The translations under genes were made by a program, and so were the position numbers. A stretch of DNA of 64,000 nucleotides from Botryllus schlosseri (taxonomy: Eukaryota): assembly GCA_051294905.1 (NCBI GenBank), contig CM119372.1, positions 9,302,001 through 9,366,000 on the forward strand, given 5' to 3'. How positions within the stretch are numbered: the first letter of the stretch is position 1; every line of letters begins with the position of its first letter. The notes under the pieces are model-generated. The model was given only the letters and a program-made list of their open reading frames with translations. It was not told where the DNA came from and did no database searches. Positions 61,301-64,000 of the stretch are shown piece after piece.

Positions 61301-62832
61301 AAGAGAGATGGCATGTGGCGGAAGGTGAGATTGATAAGTCAGACCGTGACCCAGTAATCACTAGCATAGACTAGTATTCTTTCATGACAGAAGGGTAAAT
61401 ATTCTAAATCTGTGTCGTTCATAAACAGTTATGCAGCAAAAACTCTTGCCTGAAAGCCACATGACAGCGGGTTCCCCTTCGCCGATCCATCCCGTGTACT
61501 GGTCGTATCTGCGTTTGAAATGCTCCATCCAGTTGGCCAGCGACTTCAACGTGTCCGGCGCCAGTTTACGCCAGATCGTCGGTATCATACCGTTGAAAAG
61601 CGCTTTGGCAACGTCGTCAAGCTCGTTGCTCATTCCAACTTCACCGGCGAGAGCCTGCAGATCGACAAATCGTAAGAAAATTTGAAATGAATGCAAAGAA
61701 GTAGCCCTCTGATACAGGCATGTCAAATGTAATCTCGGCCAAAGGTCTCATGCAGACTAGACTTAGTAATTAGAGTAAATAGAATAAAGTAATTAGACCA
61801 AAATGGCGGTAAAATGCCGAAACAAGTTGTACATAAGTGGGATGCTTCATTATTTAGCCTATTATACACTGTGGCCTAGATAATATTATGGATCATTAGA
61901 TACTCAAAGTATGCAGTCCCTCGAAACCAAATCTACTACTACAAATCTCCACTTCTACTTCTAATTGAGAAGAAATTTATGGCGTTATATTTAATTCTAC
62001 TTGAGTGCTAAAACTAACTAGTATGACAATCTCTACTACTACCCCACCATGCAGCAAAAGAAAAATGAGAAGATTTAAAAAATACTCTGGAAAATAGGCG
62101 TGAAAAGTGGTGTGGATTGACACAACACATAATTTAATGTTCTGGCATCAATATTTCGTGATGGAGGCTTCAATTTGACTGCAGCAGAAAAGTCAATTGC
62201 TTTAAGATCCTTACGTATTTGTGTTATAAGCAAATGCATATTTCGGGCCTTCACATTAAATTGATATGTAACAACTTCATGGAAATTCTGTAGTTGCAAT
62301 TACTCTCCTAGGAAATAGGAAAGCTGAGGAATTCAATTGGGTTCACTAGGATCCGCGTGTTAAAATCGCCTAAGCATTACAAAGTAATTTCACCCTTTGC
62401 AGTTCAACGAGGGACTTTGCCATTCTTTCCACCAATTTATTCCATCTCTCCAGCTCTTGCAACAGCACAACTGTCGTTGGTGAAATTTCGGTCCCGAAAT
62501 TCTTTCGGATTTTGTCCAACTCGTACGGGGCGGGAATTTTATTCTGCATTGGCGATGTTAGGGTGATAAGAATACAAGAATATACAAAAACATAAAAGAA
62601 ATAATAAGACATTGTATAAATAATAGAATTTTAAAAATAAAAATACATCAATATCACAAACAGAACATCTCAAGGCGTTTGGGGTTAGGCCTACTAACGG
62701 GAACGAAACGAGGAGAAATACCTGGATATCCTTGGCGACATTGGCGATGAAGTCGTCTCGGCTTATGCCGCCTCCGGTATCTCCTGTTTGAGGTTGCAGG
62801 TCCACTAGATGGTGCCACATGTCACGCGCGGC
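58334..62832 (-). CDS. DNAH10: Axonemal dynein heavy chain 10, last six exons: 62722-62832, 62394-62543, 61450-61654, 60195-60338, 59479-59589, 58334-58515
   Basis: Phase-consistent exons encoding PTTVVLLQELER, ALAGEVGMSNELDD, WLSGLHIPESYLTALVQ, GCFVSGLYLEGA and the C-terminus IPIEAHRLKLQNTFRTPVYTTSMRRNAMGVGLVFEADL...HWVLQGVCLTLNSD recognised as DNAH10. Confidence 0.95.
59770..59980 (-). mobile_element. Degenerate 3' fragment of a CR1/L2-type LINE
   Basis: Minus strand encodes LWNNLPAFIRLSDSLNVFK, the WNxLP...SL..FK end motif of CR1/L2 ORF2. Confidence 0.55.
60815..61224. mobile_element. hAT MITE, short derivative of the 16890-18228 family
   Basis: Same TIRs and subterminal repeats; perfect TSD GTCTAGGC. 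Confidence 0.92.
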
Positions 62833-64000
62833 CTGAAAACACAGCGGCACTTTTTGCGGCGGACATTGCAGGAGGTGGAAGTGATTGTGAAAGAATGACG
62901 CCAAATTGTTGACAAAATTTAAGTATTTCTGACTTACTGCTATATAACTATGTCAGTGAGAAATTATTCAAACGTTATTGTCAAGTAGCTTTTGGTTTTC
63001 TACATAACCGAATGGCAGCAGCGGGTTTTTCCGACAAATTTTGCTTCACTTTCCAAAACTGTAAAACACGGCCTCAATGGGATGCCAAACCAACAAGTAA
63101 TCCATTGTTGGATTCAGAACGTCAACGCCTAACCAACTACGCCACAAATCTAGACCAGCGCAGGTCAACCGCGCGTGTATATAATCGAGAAGACGAGAAA
63201 ACCTTGTAAAAATGTACATGTTTTGGTTACTTCCTTATAGAGTCCACAACGTACACCTCGTGCGAATAAGCAGGTGCTATTCACTGCGATAGAGATAACA
63301 TCTTTTGAACAAGCCATGAGTGACCGCTTTTGCGCAACTTGTTCGATTGACACTATCAAAATACTGCGAAGAGTTTCAACAAAAACCGCCGTCTGAATCA
63401 TGCGTTAGCCGGGTTTGTTGGTTTCGCATCCCATTGAGGTCGCGTTTTACAGTTTTGAAAAGTGAAGCTAAATTTTTCGGAAAAACCCGCCGGTGCCGAT
63501 CTGTTAACAGTTTTCCAAGCGAAACTACTTATTATTTACACCTCAGATTTTGTACAGTAGAAAGTTTGGGATATCTTCGAATCACTTTTTCATCAACTGG
63601 GTAAAATATCTCCTGTATCGCGGCAGCTGAATATATTATGGAGAATTATAGAGCCGTCATCTTGTGTTAGTCGTGAAGATGCAACCAGCAATTCCAAAAG
63701 TAGACACCCTCAATTAACATCGAAAAGGTTACGACTCCTCAACCAAATCTACTTTTGAAAAGAGTTACTCAGGTACCTTTAAACATTTCATTTTCTACTG
63801 CAATGACGTGTCTTGGAAATCACAACTTCTCTTGTGTAAGTAGAAATTTACGACATTGACTACTTTGACCGCCTGTGACTGAAGTAATATACCACTCTGA
63901 AGTTAAGACCCAATCGAATTACGGTGTGCATAAGGTTTACATAGATAACTACATGACGTTGTCAAGTATACAAGATTAAATACATGCCAAGGTTAGTGCT

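Overview
Eukaryotic, intron-containing, transposon-rich invertebrate DNA, most likely a tunicate/ascidian (inferred from ~60-bp introns, a solitary Hox homeobox and an EGF+ZP gene). All calls were made by eye; no searches were run. Host genes: (1) a minus-strand multi-exon gene (12261 to <570) with C2CD4-family N-terminal motifs and tandem C2 domains; (2) an intronless 725-aa astacin/TSP1/FG-GAP metalloprotease; (3) an isolated, diverged central-class (Hox5-like) homeobox exon; (4) a 9-exon EGF-repeat/ZP-domain membrane protein; (5) the last six exons of DNAH10, including a GC-AG intron. Between the genes are many hAT MITEs with 8-bp TSDs, some nested three deep, plus foldback elements, a tRNA-SINE, a decayed Merlin transposase and Penelope-like fragments. 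Highlights: a very young gag-only BEL/Pao LTR element whose non-tRNA primer-binding site is complementary to an 11-nt stretch of its own LTR (candidate Tf1-like self-priming), a minimal hammerhead-ribozyme motif in sense orientation in a host intron, probable P-element excision footprints, and a ~10-kb MITE-poor island of decayed ORFs of possible viral origin.
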